Assembly: GCF_006345805.1 (NCBI RefSeq)
Contig: NC_043000.1
Coordinates: forward strand, 141,546,001 to 141,610,000
Direction: 5' to 3'
Length of the DNA: 64,000 nt
DNA from: Octopus sinensis
Lineage: Eukaryota
A model generated the notes under the pieces. The model worked only from the letters and a program-made list of their open reading frames with translations. It was not told where the DNA came from and searched no databases. Both the position numbers and the translations under genes were made by a program. Positions 40,606-53,870 of this stretch are shown here, piece after piece; position 1 is the first letter of the stretch, and the number at the start of each line of letters is the position of its first letter.

Positions 40606-41419
40606 ACAGTTCCTGCGGTTGTTGTTACTACTTTATTGTAATTGTCACTGCTGCTGCTCTGTGTTTAGCAGCACCAAAAACAAACAAACCAAAATAAAAA
40701 ACAGTCTTGATCTTGCAAACTCATGATCAAAATCATTCTAGTCGAGATCAACGCGTCACACGAAACACTAGGCCCGCACAGCTACGTTAATCAATGCGCT
40801 TTCCCTCAGATGGTAGAATATAATTTAAACGATTTCACTATGTAGTTGAACTAGCGACAAACAGGTTCAATTAACGACTTCCACATCGGGAAATTGATTG
40901 ATATCCTCCATCGTTTTCAATAGACTGGCTATTTTTGATGTGTAGATGATGTCAGCTGTTTAATTTATTAATTTGTTGAATATATTTACCTCTGATTCAA
41001 TATTACATATCCCTGATTGATGAGTTAGTAAATGTTTATTTTCTATTTTCTTAGGCATTTATGTCTATGAAGTTTGTAAAATTGGCTTCGTTTTCTTAAT
41101 TGATATGCGATAATTTTATGATGCTCTAGCAGGCTTATAACGCACAGATGGTAAGATACACAACAAGCTGTGCGGTAAAGAAACATAGTTCCGCACATCC
41201 AATACACTTGAATTTATCTCATGACGTTACAACACAGTTCCATACAATGCGTTATATAGCTGTATAACATAGTTTTGTAGTTTGGACATAAGTTTGAGCA
41301 TTCGCTGCCAAGCTTATTTTACGTCTAAAATCCCATTATTATTCACAGCAGATCTATGCATGGAGCGCAGGTCGTCGTAATGCGACAAACGCTGTTCCTC
41401 TATATTTACTACTGATGAT

Positions 41420-41797
41420 GTGGAGGCGCAATAGCCCAGTGGATAGGGCAGCGGATTCGCGGTCGTAGGATCGCGGTTTCGATTCCCAGACCGGGCGTTG
41501 TGAGTGTTTATTGAGCGAAAACACCTAAAAGTTCCACCAGGCTCCGGCAGGGATGGTGGTGATCCTTGCTGTACTCTTTCACCACAACTTTCTCTCAGTC
41601 TTACTTCCTGTTTCTGTTGTACCTGTATTTCAAAGGGCCGGCTTTGTCACTCTCTGTGTCACGCTGAATATCCCCGTTAAGGGTACACGTGTCTGTGGAG
41701 TGCTCAGCCACTTACACGTTAATTTTACGAGCAGGCTGTTCCGTTGATCGGATCAACCGGAACCCTCGTCGTCGTAAACGACGGAGTGCTTCCTCCT
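41420..41797 (+). mobile_element. tRNA-Arg-head SINE, variant C1, full length
   Basis: GGAGGCGCAATAGCCCAGTGG...GGTTTCGATTCC head. TSD TTTAC(T/C)ACTGATGAT at 41405-41419 and 41798-41812. Confidence 0.93.
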
Positions 41798-42305
41798 TTT
41801 ACCACTGATGATCTACCTCGTAGCACAATTCTAGTTGACATTGATAATGCTGCTGTTATTTTTGTGTGTATTTTCTTTTTACCAAATTAGACTGGGCTAA
41901 ATTAAAAAGTCGTGTGTCTAATAATACTTGTAAGGTACTCGGTGATGTTTGTGACATGCCTCTAAACTCGAAGACGGTAGTTACTGGACGGCGCAACGAT
42001 TCTTTCTGCTCTACTTATCACTTATCAGTCAGTGGCAATAAATATTTAGTATATTTACGCGTGATATATAATGTAATCTTTGATGATACAAAATACACAG
42101 CTTTCGGTCACCCAGGTGAGATCGGCATACTTCATGATGGATCGACTATACAGTTTTAATGTAACTATTCATGTTCTTTGATAGAAAGGTCAAAATGAGT
42201 TTGCTTGTCATTTGGTTATTTTGGAATATATCCCTCATCTGATACGAATATTGCGAATGTGTTGGATCTAATACTTAGCAGAAATGTATTGGGCGCAATT
42301 GTTGT

Positions 42306-42845
42306 CTTCTTCTTCTTCTTCTTCTTCTTCTTCTTCTTCTTCTTCTTCTTCTTCTTCTTCTTCTTCTTCTTCTTCTTCCTCCTCCTCTTCTTCCTCTTCT
42401 TCTTCTCCTTCTTCTTCTAATCAAGACTCACGCCATTAGCCACAATGAATAATCTCTAATTCGAGCCTACTCTAAGCTACTATGAATGCGTCTGGCAACT
42501 CGAAGACTGGCGGTTGCTCGGGCGCGAAAGTTACGTTGTTATCCTCATGCTGTAAACGGTAGCTTTTAACGGGTGGAGAGCTGAACCATCCTGGGGTACA
42601 GAGGATTCGCAATCTAGACAAGGGTCTGAAAGTTTACAACACCATAGTGGGTTACACTATGGTTCCTCTACTTTGTGGCAGAAGTAGAAAGAAATAACGA
42701 GGGAAGGTTGTGGTTAAAGTGTACAGTGGGGTCCGCCTCCCTTCCACCCGCTACAGCCGCTTGGAACTTAGGTATTTTTGCTTAATAAACACTCACAATG
42801 CCCGGTCTGGGAATCGAAACCACGTTCTTACGACCGCGAGCGAGA
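42306..42845 (-). mobile_element. tRNA-Arg-head SINE, variant C3 with an expanded (CTT)n tail (42306-42417)
   Basis: Homologous to 40146-40605; 5' head truncated. Confidence 0.8.
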
Positions 42846-43012
42846 GTGGGAGGCTCATGCGCATGCATATTAAAGGGGATTACAGAAGGGACGGATCAGT
42901 AAGTAAATGTGCACCCAGCAAAATCGTCATAGAAGATGCAGTTTCAATTTTAACTCAACTTATTGATGTGTCATTAATTTGCAGCTTCCTTTGACTACAA
43001 ATGCACCGGGAA

Positions 43013-43418
43013 CTCTTTTACATGTTTCAGTCATTTGACTGTGGCCTTGCTGGTGCACCGCATTTAGTCGAGCAAATCGACCCCGGGACTTATTCTTTGT
43101 AAGCCCAGTACTTATTCTATCGGTCTCTTTTGCCGAACCGCTAAGTGACGGGGACGTAAACACACCAGCATTTGTTGTCAAGCAATGCTAGGGGGACAAA
43201 CACAGACACAAACACATACACACACATACATATGTATATAAATATACATATATACGACAGGCTTCTTTCAGTTTCCGTCTACCAAATACACTCACAAGGC
43301 ATTGGTTGGCCCGGGGCTATAGTAGAAGACACTTACCCAAGGTGCCACGCAGTGGGACTGAACCCGGAACCATGTGGTTGGTTAGCAAGCTACTTACCAC
43401 ACAGCCACTCCTGCGCCT
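43013..43418 (-). mobile_element. SINE family A, full length
   Basis: Highly similar to the 12593-13026 copy. Confidence 0.92.
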
Positions 43419-43903
43419 ATATAGATATTTTTTTTTAATTTGCAGGTGCGATGATTGTATATTTGGTACTGTTGTGGCGAGAGTCACGGTACCCCATGCG
43501 AGAATAGACTTAAACAAGTATCGTCATAAATAGTGGCGTTATACAATAATTGGCGACGAGTAACCACGTTACAATAGGTACCTATCCGAAAAAATTGGAA
43601 TTTCATAGACAACAAATATTCTTGGATTATTTGCATAATTTTCTTGGTTTGATATTTCCAATTTGTGCATTGGATACTGTTATCTGGAAATGTTACATTG
43701 GCGAAACTTTATGGCCTTCTATTGTTAATTTTCATGAGTTTTCATCTTAAATATTAATTATTCGTGTTGAATTATATTGCGTTATGTAAAAAAAACGAAA
43801 ATGCAGGAATTAATCAATAACTTTCTGACTACAATATAGACAAAGAGTACGCCCACATACTATAATTCATATACATAGATTTAAGCGCAAATCATCATAT
43901 GTT

Positions 43904-43977
<74 letters not shown>

Positions 43978-44791
43978 TATAAAGAGAGAGAGAGAGGGGA
44001 GAGATATTGAGAGGTTTATGTAGAGATGTCTCTTGAAAATATACAGTTGAATATCGTAGTCTCAAGGAGTCATTTTTCACTAAACTGCTTGCGTGCAGTA
44101 GTAACTTATACTATTTTAATTTTTTCAAAGTTGCTTCAACTCTATTGATCTCTGGTGAATAACATGACAGCCTGTCATCCAATCATTACAAAACTTGGAG
44201 ATAGCTCTCAAAGGAATCTTTCTGAAGACGTGTTATCAACACACAATTCCCAAAAATAAACACGTAGACACTCACACATAATATGAGCCAGCAAATAAAA
44301 ATAATAATCTCATCTGGGCTCACACTGGTTATATTAAAGCACTACCTCTTCCATCTACACTGCAATCCATTACCACGTTCGACTATTGACTTGTTTAGAA
44401 CAGAGAAGAAGATGCTTTGGGAGTTCAGTTAGTCTTAACATAATTTCATGTCCGGATTATTTAGAAACAAACTTGAAATAATTAAAAAGCAAAAAATAAT
44501 AACTGTTAACTTTATTTTTAATTATCCGAAAAGCTATGCACTATGAATATCTTTGGTGGTTCACCATTCTGTTATGTACAAGGTTAGTGACAAACACATG
44601 CACACAGACACAAACACACATACACAGACACAAACACACATACACATATATGGTTATGCATGTGTAAACATGAGTATATATACATTAAGGAGACATACTT
44701 ACATATATACATACATACATACGTATGTTTGTATATATATATATGTATGCGTATGCGTGTATATATATATATATATGCATGTATATGTGTC

Positions 44792-44835
<44 letters not shown>

Positions 44836-44943
44836 CTGTCCGACGAACGGGAACGTGAAACTCCGAGTAACAGGTTTTGTTGAATTTCTGCTGCTTTTAA
44901 ATAAAGTATATATATATATACATATATGTGTATGTGTGTGTAT

Positions 44944-45009
<66 letters not shown>

Positions 45010-45642
45010 GTTTGTGTGTATGTACGTTCGTTGATGCACACATTCACACATAGCAACATTTAATCTACCTGATATATCTATCTTTCCATCTGTCTACGTA
45101 CCTACCTATATGCATTTGTATTTGCCTACTCGTATGTATGTGTATATTTATATCTATACCGTCTCTTTAAATGACGATAATAGAGATACTTTATTAAATT
45201 ACCTAATAATCTATGAATACATGGTTTTTATCCAATGACAGTCATAGGGACAATTTTCAACATAACATAATTTCAGAAAATATTGTACAAAAAATTGAAA
45301 AGCTCATTTAAATAGCCAAAAAACGAGAACAATATGTAATTCACTATCAAATAAATACATGACTTCATCTCATATAAAAATAAATCTAAGATAAAAATAC
45401 ATTATGAAAACATTTTTATAAAAAATGAAAACCAGTAAAGGAAAATTAAAAAAATAGAAATTGTAAAAAGAATATTCTATTGTCGGAGAACTAGTATTTC
45501 GAGAACAATAATACTGTCAAAGAAACCAATTTTACCGTCTGTACATGTCTACTGTGAAAATAAATTGCATAGTCTTTGAATTACACGCACAATAGAATAT
45601 ATGCATATATATGTATATACATATTTTTACACACCTATATAT

Positions 45643-45677
<35 letters not shown>

Positions 45678-45689
45678 ATGTCTGTGTGA

Positions 45690-45730
<41 letters not shown>

Positions 45731-47270
45731 TATATACACGCAAAGTTACAGCTGCTGTGCTTGTACATTTGTGACTGTGTTCGTGTACCAGTGCATGTAT
45801 CAGTGTAGACATATTTTCTTAGGATTGTAGACATGTGCATATCTACACAACTACATTTAGCTCTGTAGTTTACAGGTATTTTCATTCTGTGCACCCTTCT
45901 CGCTATATTTCAGGATGCCATTCCCTGTTTTCTAAGTTTATCGAATTCAAAAGGTTCTTTCCATATACTGACCATATGACATTGAACATCCTGTTGTTTT
46001 TTTCTACGTTCGAACATGCGCGTTTATTTGGATTATTCTTATATTTGATGTTTTAAAAATTTGATAGAAAGAGAAAATGTTGATGTATTTTAATCTTGAA
46101 GTAAAATACAAACACTTTCTATATCCCTACCGAATTTCTTGACTAACTAAATTCCCCGTCGTGAAAACAGGCAAACATTTTCTTCGTAAGAAGTTAGAAA
46201 ATATTTCGAAACTGAAAAAGGCACTAAAAAAAAAATTGTTTTCAAAAGTCATGATTTGAGAGTTACTCATTTCATAAATTTCGTTAGTAGAATTATTCGA
46301 TCCCAAACATTTTATAATGCCGCTGGCGGTGCTTCCGAAGCCAGTGCCTCGTGTTGGTTTATACAATAAACAACTTTCAATTCTGGCACTCAACTTTTCA
46401 CACAAACATGAAATCAAGATTTTGGCCCGCACTATGTTGTGCTTCCTCTGTACAGCTGTACAACAAAGGCACTATCCCACAAAGATTTTCCGACAGAAAA
46501 AAATGATAAAACTTGAGGTCCTGGTTGTTGTTTCAAAAAGATAGCAAATAAGAACTGTAGCGAGCATATTTTGTGAACACCGGCAGCTGTGGAACGATGT
46601 GACATCTGTCAGTTCCTCGAGCTGAAGTAAAAAAATAAACCAAATATTGTTGAATTGATCCCCTTACACCTATTGATATTTGATGTCAATGGCCTTGTTG
46701 CATTCCTACTTTGAACGGAACTCTTCGACTGTGAAACAGCTGCAAGTCTGGGTTTTTTTTTTGGTTTTTAATCCACTTCCCAACGCAATTTCCATCCCGT
46801 TTTTAAGTCTACAGAATCTGATCAAAGTTTTCCCCCCAATTAAATGTTATTATATTTTAAGCTTTGCTGTTTCCAATACTACAACGTAACAAGATTCATC
46901 GATCATTTGATTCATTTGTAGAAATGTTTCTATTGGATTAACCTTCATTTTCTTCAGCACATTCTCTCGACGTTAAAAAGTAATTTTGTCCTTGTTCATA
47001 CTATGAAGATCAGCATTCTGTATATGGTACATCCCATTAATTGGTCTCATAGAATCGTTTGACAAACCATGCAACAAATAACGCATAAAGGAGGTTTTTG
47101 CCTATCGATGATATGGATAACAATCACATTGAATATATCAATAATCGAACCCCTTTTTAGCAATCAAGTTGGGAATAAAACATGAACAAAAAAGGTCAAA
47201 GATAACTATAATCCCCCCCAAAAAAAATAAATCCTAAATCGAAAACCAAAGACTGCCTTGATGTTACATA

Positions 47271-47299
47271 AAATAATAATGATAATAATAATGATGATG

Positions 47300-47359
<60 letters not shown>

Positions 47360-47617
47360 GTAGTAGTAGTAATAATAATAATAATAATAATAATGATAAT
47401 AATAATAATAATGATAATAATAATAATAATAATAATAATGATGATGATGATGATGATGATGAAAATAATGATAACATCCATCCATGAATTTATTTATTTA
47501 TTAATTTTTAAATACATATTGTATCTGTGAATTTGCGTGTGTAATCTGAGAATGCATACAATGAGTTTCTCTGCCCGGCGAGAAACGGACGAAATTTTGA
47601 AGAAAGAAGGAAAAAAC

Positions 47618-47659
<42 letters not shown>

Positions 47660-47660
47660 T
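47271..47660. repeat. (TAA)n/(GAT)n tracts at 47271-47475 and 47618-47660
   Basis: Directly visible. Confidence 0.95.
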
Positions 47661-47714
47661 CAACAAACTCGACCCGTGAAAAATTCACAGAAATCATTTA
47701 ATCGTCTGTAAACA

Positions 47715-47895
47715 GTGTACTGGTGCCACGAGAAATGTTTGCATAGTATGACCGTCTGTCTTCACGGTCTGAATTCAAATTCTGCCGTGGTTGACTTTAA
47801 TTTTCGTCCTTTCGGGGTCGATAAATTAAGTACAATTTGTGTACTGGGGTCGATCTAATCAATTGGCCCCCTCACCACAAAATATCCAGGCCTAG
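47715..47895 (+). mobile_element. Diverged SINE related to family B
   Basis: GAATTCAAATTCTGCCGTGGTTGACTTT...CCTTTCGGGGTCGATAAATTAAGTAC...TGGGGTCGATCTAATC. Confidence 0.8.
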
Positions 47896-48074
47896 AAAAG
47901 TATATTGTGACAGTTATTGAATATAGAAAGTAATATAACCCCAATGACTATATAATCCAGACAAAATATCTCAGTTACAAAAACATAAACGGAATTACTA
48001 TTTAACCTAAACGTACATCGCACATATTCAAAGAACCTTCCTGTTTTAGTGTTACGGAACGTTTTTTTCTGCTA

Positions 48075-48297
48075 TTCTTTTATTCTTTTACTTGTTTCAG
48101 TCATTTGACTGTGGCCATGCTGGATCACCACACTTTAGTCGAAGAAATTGACCCCTGGATTTATTCCCTGTAAACCTGGTGCTTATTTTATCAGTCTCTT
48201 CTGCTGAATATCTAAATTACAGAAACGCGAACGCACCAAGATCGGTTGTCAAGCGATGGTGGTAGTGGGACAAACTCAGACACAAACACACACATGC
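48075..48297 (-). mobile_element. SINE family A 3' half
   Basis: TTTTACTTGTTTCAGTCATTTGACTGTGGCCATGCTGG... Confidence 0.8.
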
Positions 48298-48644
48298 ATA
48301 CATACATACATACATACATACATACATACATACATACATACATACATACTACATACATACATACATACATGCATATATATATATATATATATGACGGACT
48401 CGGAGGTAGTGGTGATGCTGGATGGTGCGATTTTGCGGTTTGCTGATATGCCGAGAGAGATCCAGTGGGCTCCTAACTGGTTCTCCGATCTTAAAGGTGT
48501 AATGTGGATGTGTAATGAGGAAGCCACTGGTGTGGTGGTGATGGTAGCTGGTGTGGTGGTCTTCCTCACAGTACTTCATGGTAGTCAATATCCTGTGAGG
48601 ATGTCACACCAGTTTTTGGCCTATTCTGTTATCTGAATTAAGTG

Positions 48645-49235
48645 TCATAACTCTTTGATATTGTTCATAACTCGTGCTCTTGAAAATGCGACATATAATT
48701 GGCCATGAGAAAATACCGGTTGAGGCAAATGAATTTCAACTTTTTCAAATGTTTGCCGTTGAGCTTTAGTAATTGTCTTCGACATTGCAAGTCGAAATGG
48801 AAATTGAAATCTGTTTAGTGTGAATGGAATATTTGCATTTTGGGAATTAGAACTGTTCTATTGCATAATCCTTGACTGATCGGAAGATTTTTTAGTAGTG
48901 TTACAATAGCTCTTACTTTTATGTTGAGGCGATGAGGAGGTGTACTGGATGGAGTGAGTGAGTTTATGTATTCAAATGGATAGTTCTTGAAACTCCTCTT
49001 CAGTATCGTAAGCCACTGAATCAGTGCTCAATTACGTTTTAAGCGCCTCTGGTATAATATTAAGATCTTTTGCATTTATTGCAAGACAGAATTTGTAGGA
49101 GATATAATTACTCCTTTTTCCACTTCTTCTGGCGTATAAATTTCTGGGTACAAATGTACAAATTGAAATGTAAAAGAACGAAATAAGAAATGGATTTATG
49201 AATGAAAGTTTGGTAATTGTGTTTATTTCAACCAC
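48645..49235 (-). mobile_element. Helitron PIF1-like helicase C-terminal relic (frameshifted)
   Basis: Minus-strand QFPFRLAMSKTITKAQRQTFEKVEIHLPQPVFSHGQLYVAFSRA and YPFEYINSLTPSSTPPHRLNIKV match Helitron helicase motifs (QFP.RLAFAMTINKSQGQT...VFSHGQLYVALSR). Confidence 0.9.
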
Positions 49236-49303
49236 GCGACACTTATTGCAAACATGCTTTAACTAACCTATACTACACACACACACACAATACATCTCTC
49301 TCT

Positions 49304-49341
<38 letters not shown>

Positions 49342-49435
49342 GGGAAGCTTTATGAAAATAGACAAAAGACGAAGGCAGGTGGAAAACACGAACAATTGTA
49401 TTAGTATGGCGCTCAGGAAATATAAATAAAACAAG

Positions 49436-49472
49436 TCTTTAACGTTTCGAGCCTACGCTCTTCACAGAAAGA
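49436..49472 (-). ncRNA. Degenerate or variant minimal type I hammerhead motif
   Basis: TCTTT-CTGTGAA-GAGC-GTAG-GCTC-GAAAC-GTT^AAAGA. Stems I and II are perfect, stem III is palindromic (AACGTT), and the core is 1 nt short or altered. Confidence 0.55.
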
Positions 49473-50359
49473 TACACAGAGAGAAAAAAAACACAGAAAG
49501 AAGGAGAGAAAAAAAATGCGTGCAGTAGCTAACGAATCAACATGGCGATCTGATTTCGGCCAGAGGTCAAAGATCAAACATGAGACGCGAGAGCGAATTA
49601 AGGGGAGATAATAGGGTTGATAATAGGTTGATAATAGGGTTGAAGGACCAGCTAATAGTGCGTAGGAGGGGTCTGGACGTGTGTATGTATAGGGTTGGTG
49701 TATGTATTAGTATGTATAAGGTGTGTGTGTGTGTGGTGTGTATGAGAGAGTATTAGTGCGTAGGATTGGTCTGACGTGCGTATGTATGGGGTTGGTGTAT
49801 GTATTAGTATGTATTAGTATTATTAGTACGTATTAGTATGTATAAGTGTGTGTGTGTGTATGAGAGAGTATAAGTGCGTATGAGGGGTCTGGACGTGTGT
49901 ATGTATAGGGTTGGTGTATGTTTTAGTATGTATTAGTATGTATTAGTACGTATTAGTATGTATTAGTTGGTGTATGTATTAGTATGGCACATCATATATG
50001 GTGTGATGTGTAAAGTCGTGTGGTGTAGTGAGGAGAAGAGGGGGAGAGAAGGGAGGGGAAGAATAGGGGGAGGAGAGGGGGAAGAGGAGAGGATGGGAGA
50101 GAGGGGCGGGGGAGGGGAGGAAGGAGGAAAGAGGGAGAGGGGGAGAGAGAAGGGAAGTGAGGGAGTGAGGGAGCAGAGGGAAGGGGAAGAGGGAAGGAGG
50201 GAGGGAGAAAGAGGGAAGAAGGGAAGGGGAGTAGGGGTGAAAGGATGAAGGACTGAAGAAGTAGGTCGGGGGAAAGGATATGTGAGGAGGGGGGAGGAGG
50301 GGGTTAGATGAGGAGAGGGGGTTAGATGAGGAGAGGGGGTTAGATGAGGAGGGGGGAGA

Positions 50360-50833
50360 GTTGAGACCAAATGGCGTATAAGAGCGAAGAGAGAAGATTA
50401 ATTCTTGTTCACGGCGCAAACGGGAATCCGGATGGCCTCTGTGTAAGGACAAACCGAACACAGATAGGTGTTGCAAGGAATGACCGGTGGAGCGGAAATG
50501 GCGTTCCGCGAACCGGGCAGCCAAGCGGCGTCCCGTTTGTCCGATGTACAAGGAATTGCAGAGAGAGCAAGAGATGCAATAGATAATATAGCTGGAGGTG
50601 CAGGTGAAGGAGTGGATGATGGGATAGGGTCGATGGTGGGTGCTAGTGAGGCGGGTGGTGTTGGAGAGATAAGGGCAAGTGCGGCAACGTGGGCGGGAGC
50701 AGGGGAACGAGCCGGGTTGGGAGGTAGGGTCAGGGAAGGAGCTATGGACCAAAAGGTCTCGAAGGTTGTGGGCTCGTTTGAAAGAGGGGAGGGGGAGGTT
50801 AGGGAAGAGGTGTGAAGTGGACGGGTCGGACTG
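50360..50833 (-). pseudogene. PLE linker plus GIY-YIG endonuclease fragment
   Basis: FKRAHNLRDLLVHS...PCSRPRCRTC...IIYCISCSLCNSLYIGQTGRRLAARFAE...EQELIFSLRSYTPFGLN, a typical PLE endonuclease with a Cys-rich linker. There is a short internal deletion after FAE. Confidence 0.92.
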
Positions 50834-50834
50834 G

Positions 50835-50870
<36 letters not shown>

Positions 50871-51369
50871 ATGTGTGTGTGCGTGTGAGTGTGTGCGTGC
50901 GTGTGTGTGTGTCTCGATTTGTAGCTGTAATTTAAACGCGCCAGTCTTATCATGTTCTCTCTGAGACTGTATCTCCCTGAGAACTACTTTAATGTTATGC
51001 AGGTCTGTGGAGTACACAGCCATTTTTGAGTTAATTTTAACCTCGTGTGGTAATGAAAAATGAAATTAACAGCTAATATTTGCTGAGTCTATGTATCTAT
51101 GAACTTTTCTTTGGATTTATGTATCTACTGTCTCTCTCACTTTCTCTTTCCCTTTTTCTTCTTTCGTGTCACTGTTCTCCCATACTTTTGATTTAACTAT
51201 ATGTATCTATGTATTTACTCCTCTTGTGATGTGATAAACACTTAAAAACACAAAACGAACACCGTCACCACTAACTGTATCTTTCACTCTATTTCCCTCT
51301 CTCTCGCTTTGCCACTTCAAAGAAGTGTGACGCGCACAACAGGTACGTACAAAAACAAAAGTTACCGTA

Positions 51370-51436
51370 TTAATAGTAATAATAATAATTATAATAATAA
51401 TAACAACAACAACAACAACAAAACAACAACAACAAC

Positions 51437-51482
<46 letters not shown>
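51370..51482. repeat. (AAT)n/(AAC)n microsatellite
   Basis: Directly visible. Confidence 0.95.
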
Positions 51483-51483
<1 letters not shown>

Positions 51484-52209
51484 TTGATGCAAGTGTGAAG
51501 GTAGAACACCTACGCGTATCAGAATTGCTTTGAACTCCAAGAATTCATCGTAGGGTTCTTGAAGCATGACCAATAAACAAATGTCAGGTTCGTCCGCTGG
51601 CTGTGGACAGCTGATCCTTTCCATCATATCCATCAAAATACGCTGTGAGTTTTCATATAAGAATAATAAATATAATCGGGGTTTGAATAATTCACTTCTG
51701 GAAACAAGGGTGTTTCCCTCAACATCCTTAAACAAACTTTATTCAAGGGAGCTTTTGAGCGGGAGGGGCTTCTCGACATTAGGATAACTGGGATCCACTT
51801 GTGTACTCATTTTGCCCCGCTGCTTGGAATTTTATTTTAATTCTCTCGCAAGAAGGCCTAGTGGATTAGTGTTCTGTCTTTGCCTTCGAAACATGCTTGA
51901 TTCTACTAGCGACAGCTGATGACGGGGTTTTTTTCTTTGTGTGGCACGTCCTGTAACTGTTTTTTTCGTTTTCTTGTTTTTTGTTTTTTTATTTTTCCCG
52001 TTTCTACGTCTTATTTTGGTGTCCTGTAATCCCGTATAATTATTTATATATGCATGTATATATACATGTAGATGTAGGTACGTACATATATGTTTGTATG
52101 TATGCATATATTTTTATTTATCACATTATTGTCTGACAGCGCCCCGCGTCAGGTTCGTTCCGATTCGTCGTTTCGTTCCACCTCTTGGTTCCTGTTATTT
52201 TTATATTAT

Positions 52210-52246
<37 letters not shown>

Positions 52247-52253
52247 CACACCA

Positions 52254-52364
<111 letters not shown>

Positions 52365-52825
52365 TAACAAGGCAAAATGAAAATATGACAACAGGTGAAT
52401 TTTATCTCGTATTTCTTCGACATTTAGGTGTTGTGAATCCGGATAAGGACAAGGTAGACATGAAAGAAGGAGGTATAATGCTGTTATTATTGCTGAGATA
52501 TATGATTTACTATAAGGTCATTAACCTGAATGCGCAGAGTAGCCAATCTATATCGTAGAGTGTCTCTCTGAGTACAAAGTATTGCCAGTAATTCTAATAT
52601 TAATTCGAATTATATATCTTTGTATTTTATATTATTAACCATGTAGCGATGTTTTACCAGCAATTAAACCAGAAATATTTGATTTCTTTACAGTACGTTT
52701 CAATAAATATAGTCTTCGCAAAAAATAAAATTAAACTATAGGAACGGTAAATTAAAAAGCACCACCAGCACCACTATGCACGCGTACAAACATACACACA
52801 TAACACACACAGACACACACATACA

Positions 52826-52872
<47 letters not shown>

Positions 52873-53870
52873 TATATATAATATATATATATATATATAA
52901 TCTATATATCCACATATACATATATATATATATATACATACAAACACACATATATATACATACACACATTTATATATATACACACATACACACACAGACA
53001 CACATATATTATATATATATATATACATATATGCAAAAACACATACCTACCTACATGCATACCTATAAACACATATCTAGCAGCAAATATACGCATATGT
53101 ATATATGTATATGTGTATGCGCGTGCGCGTATGTGTGCGTTTATGTGTATACATACTAGTCGTTTCGTTAATTTTAGTGCTGAGATATTTGCAAGCAAAA
53201 ATTCAATTAAATGTAGTCGACACTTTTAATAGTGGCGTATGTTATATATATTTCAATTTTTTATTAGAACCTACTAAATTTTCATCTCGAAACATAAAAG
53301 CTGCTAAAAGAATCATAAGAATTTTGGATGTATCTACAATATATCCAAGTTTACTTGCTATTAAAGTAGTAGCATTACTGTTCTCGAAAAAAGCATGGTG
53401 TAATTTTGTGAACTTTGAAGTAGAAGATAATATTACACAATATATTATAATACAATATAAGTATGCGTTTCGATTTTTCGATATAAATTTTTTTGTTGCT
53501 TCTAGTTGCGTTATGAAACATGAAAATTAACGTCAGCATGATTTATTTGGAAAAGTATCAAAGTAAATGCTCTCCAATGGGCTTGAGACTACATCACATC
53601 GCAAGTTGAAAATCAAAGTATATAGTGATATCCTGTCCTCTTTGAACTCGTTTGCTTCATCAGGCACAATATTTTTGCCTGCAGACAGATTTTTAGGACA
53701 TCCACCGTCTTATCGTCACATGGATATGCTTAAATACGTCTACAGTTATTGCATACAGCTTGGAGTTATATCTCTCATGAAGATCAGTTTGGAATTATTT
53801 GTCAAAACGTTTGTTCTTCTTTGAACTCCCTTATATATATATATTTGTGTGTGTGTGTGTGTGTGTGTGT

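Larger units (their letters stand above)
49341..50833 (-). mobile_element. 5'-truncated Penelope-like element (linker, GIY-YIG endonuclease, 3' region with minisatellites and HHR), flanked by (TA)n on both sides
   Basis: See the endonuclease and HHR features. (TA)n tracts lie at about 49305-49340 and 50834-50860. Confidence 0.85.

Noticed and set aside
41422-41495. tRNA-Arg gene
   Set aside because: It is a tRNA-like SINE head without a proper cloverleaf, continues into the SINE body and is flanked by TSDs.
41553-41747. Recurrent ORF MVVI(L/P)AVLFHHNFLS... also at 54005 and 60462
   Set aside because: It recurs only because it lies inside the same SINE; there is no evidence of coding.
49963-50370. 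Pro/Ser-rich and Glu/Gly/Arg-rich ORFs
   Set aside because: They derive from GA-rich low-complexity sequence and 19-bp repeats downstream of the PLE endonuclease.
50468-50815. 115-aa plus-strand ORF
   Set aside because: It is the antisense shadow of the PLE GIY-YIG frame.
51510-51800. Minus-strand protein-like frame (...ERISCPQPADEPDICLLVMLQEPYDEFLEFKAILIR) ending at a GTAGGT
   Set aside because: The acceptor is weak, there is an in-frame stop upstream and no homology was recognised; it could not be supported as an exon or TE.
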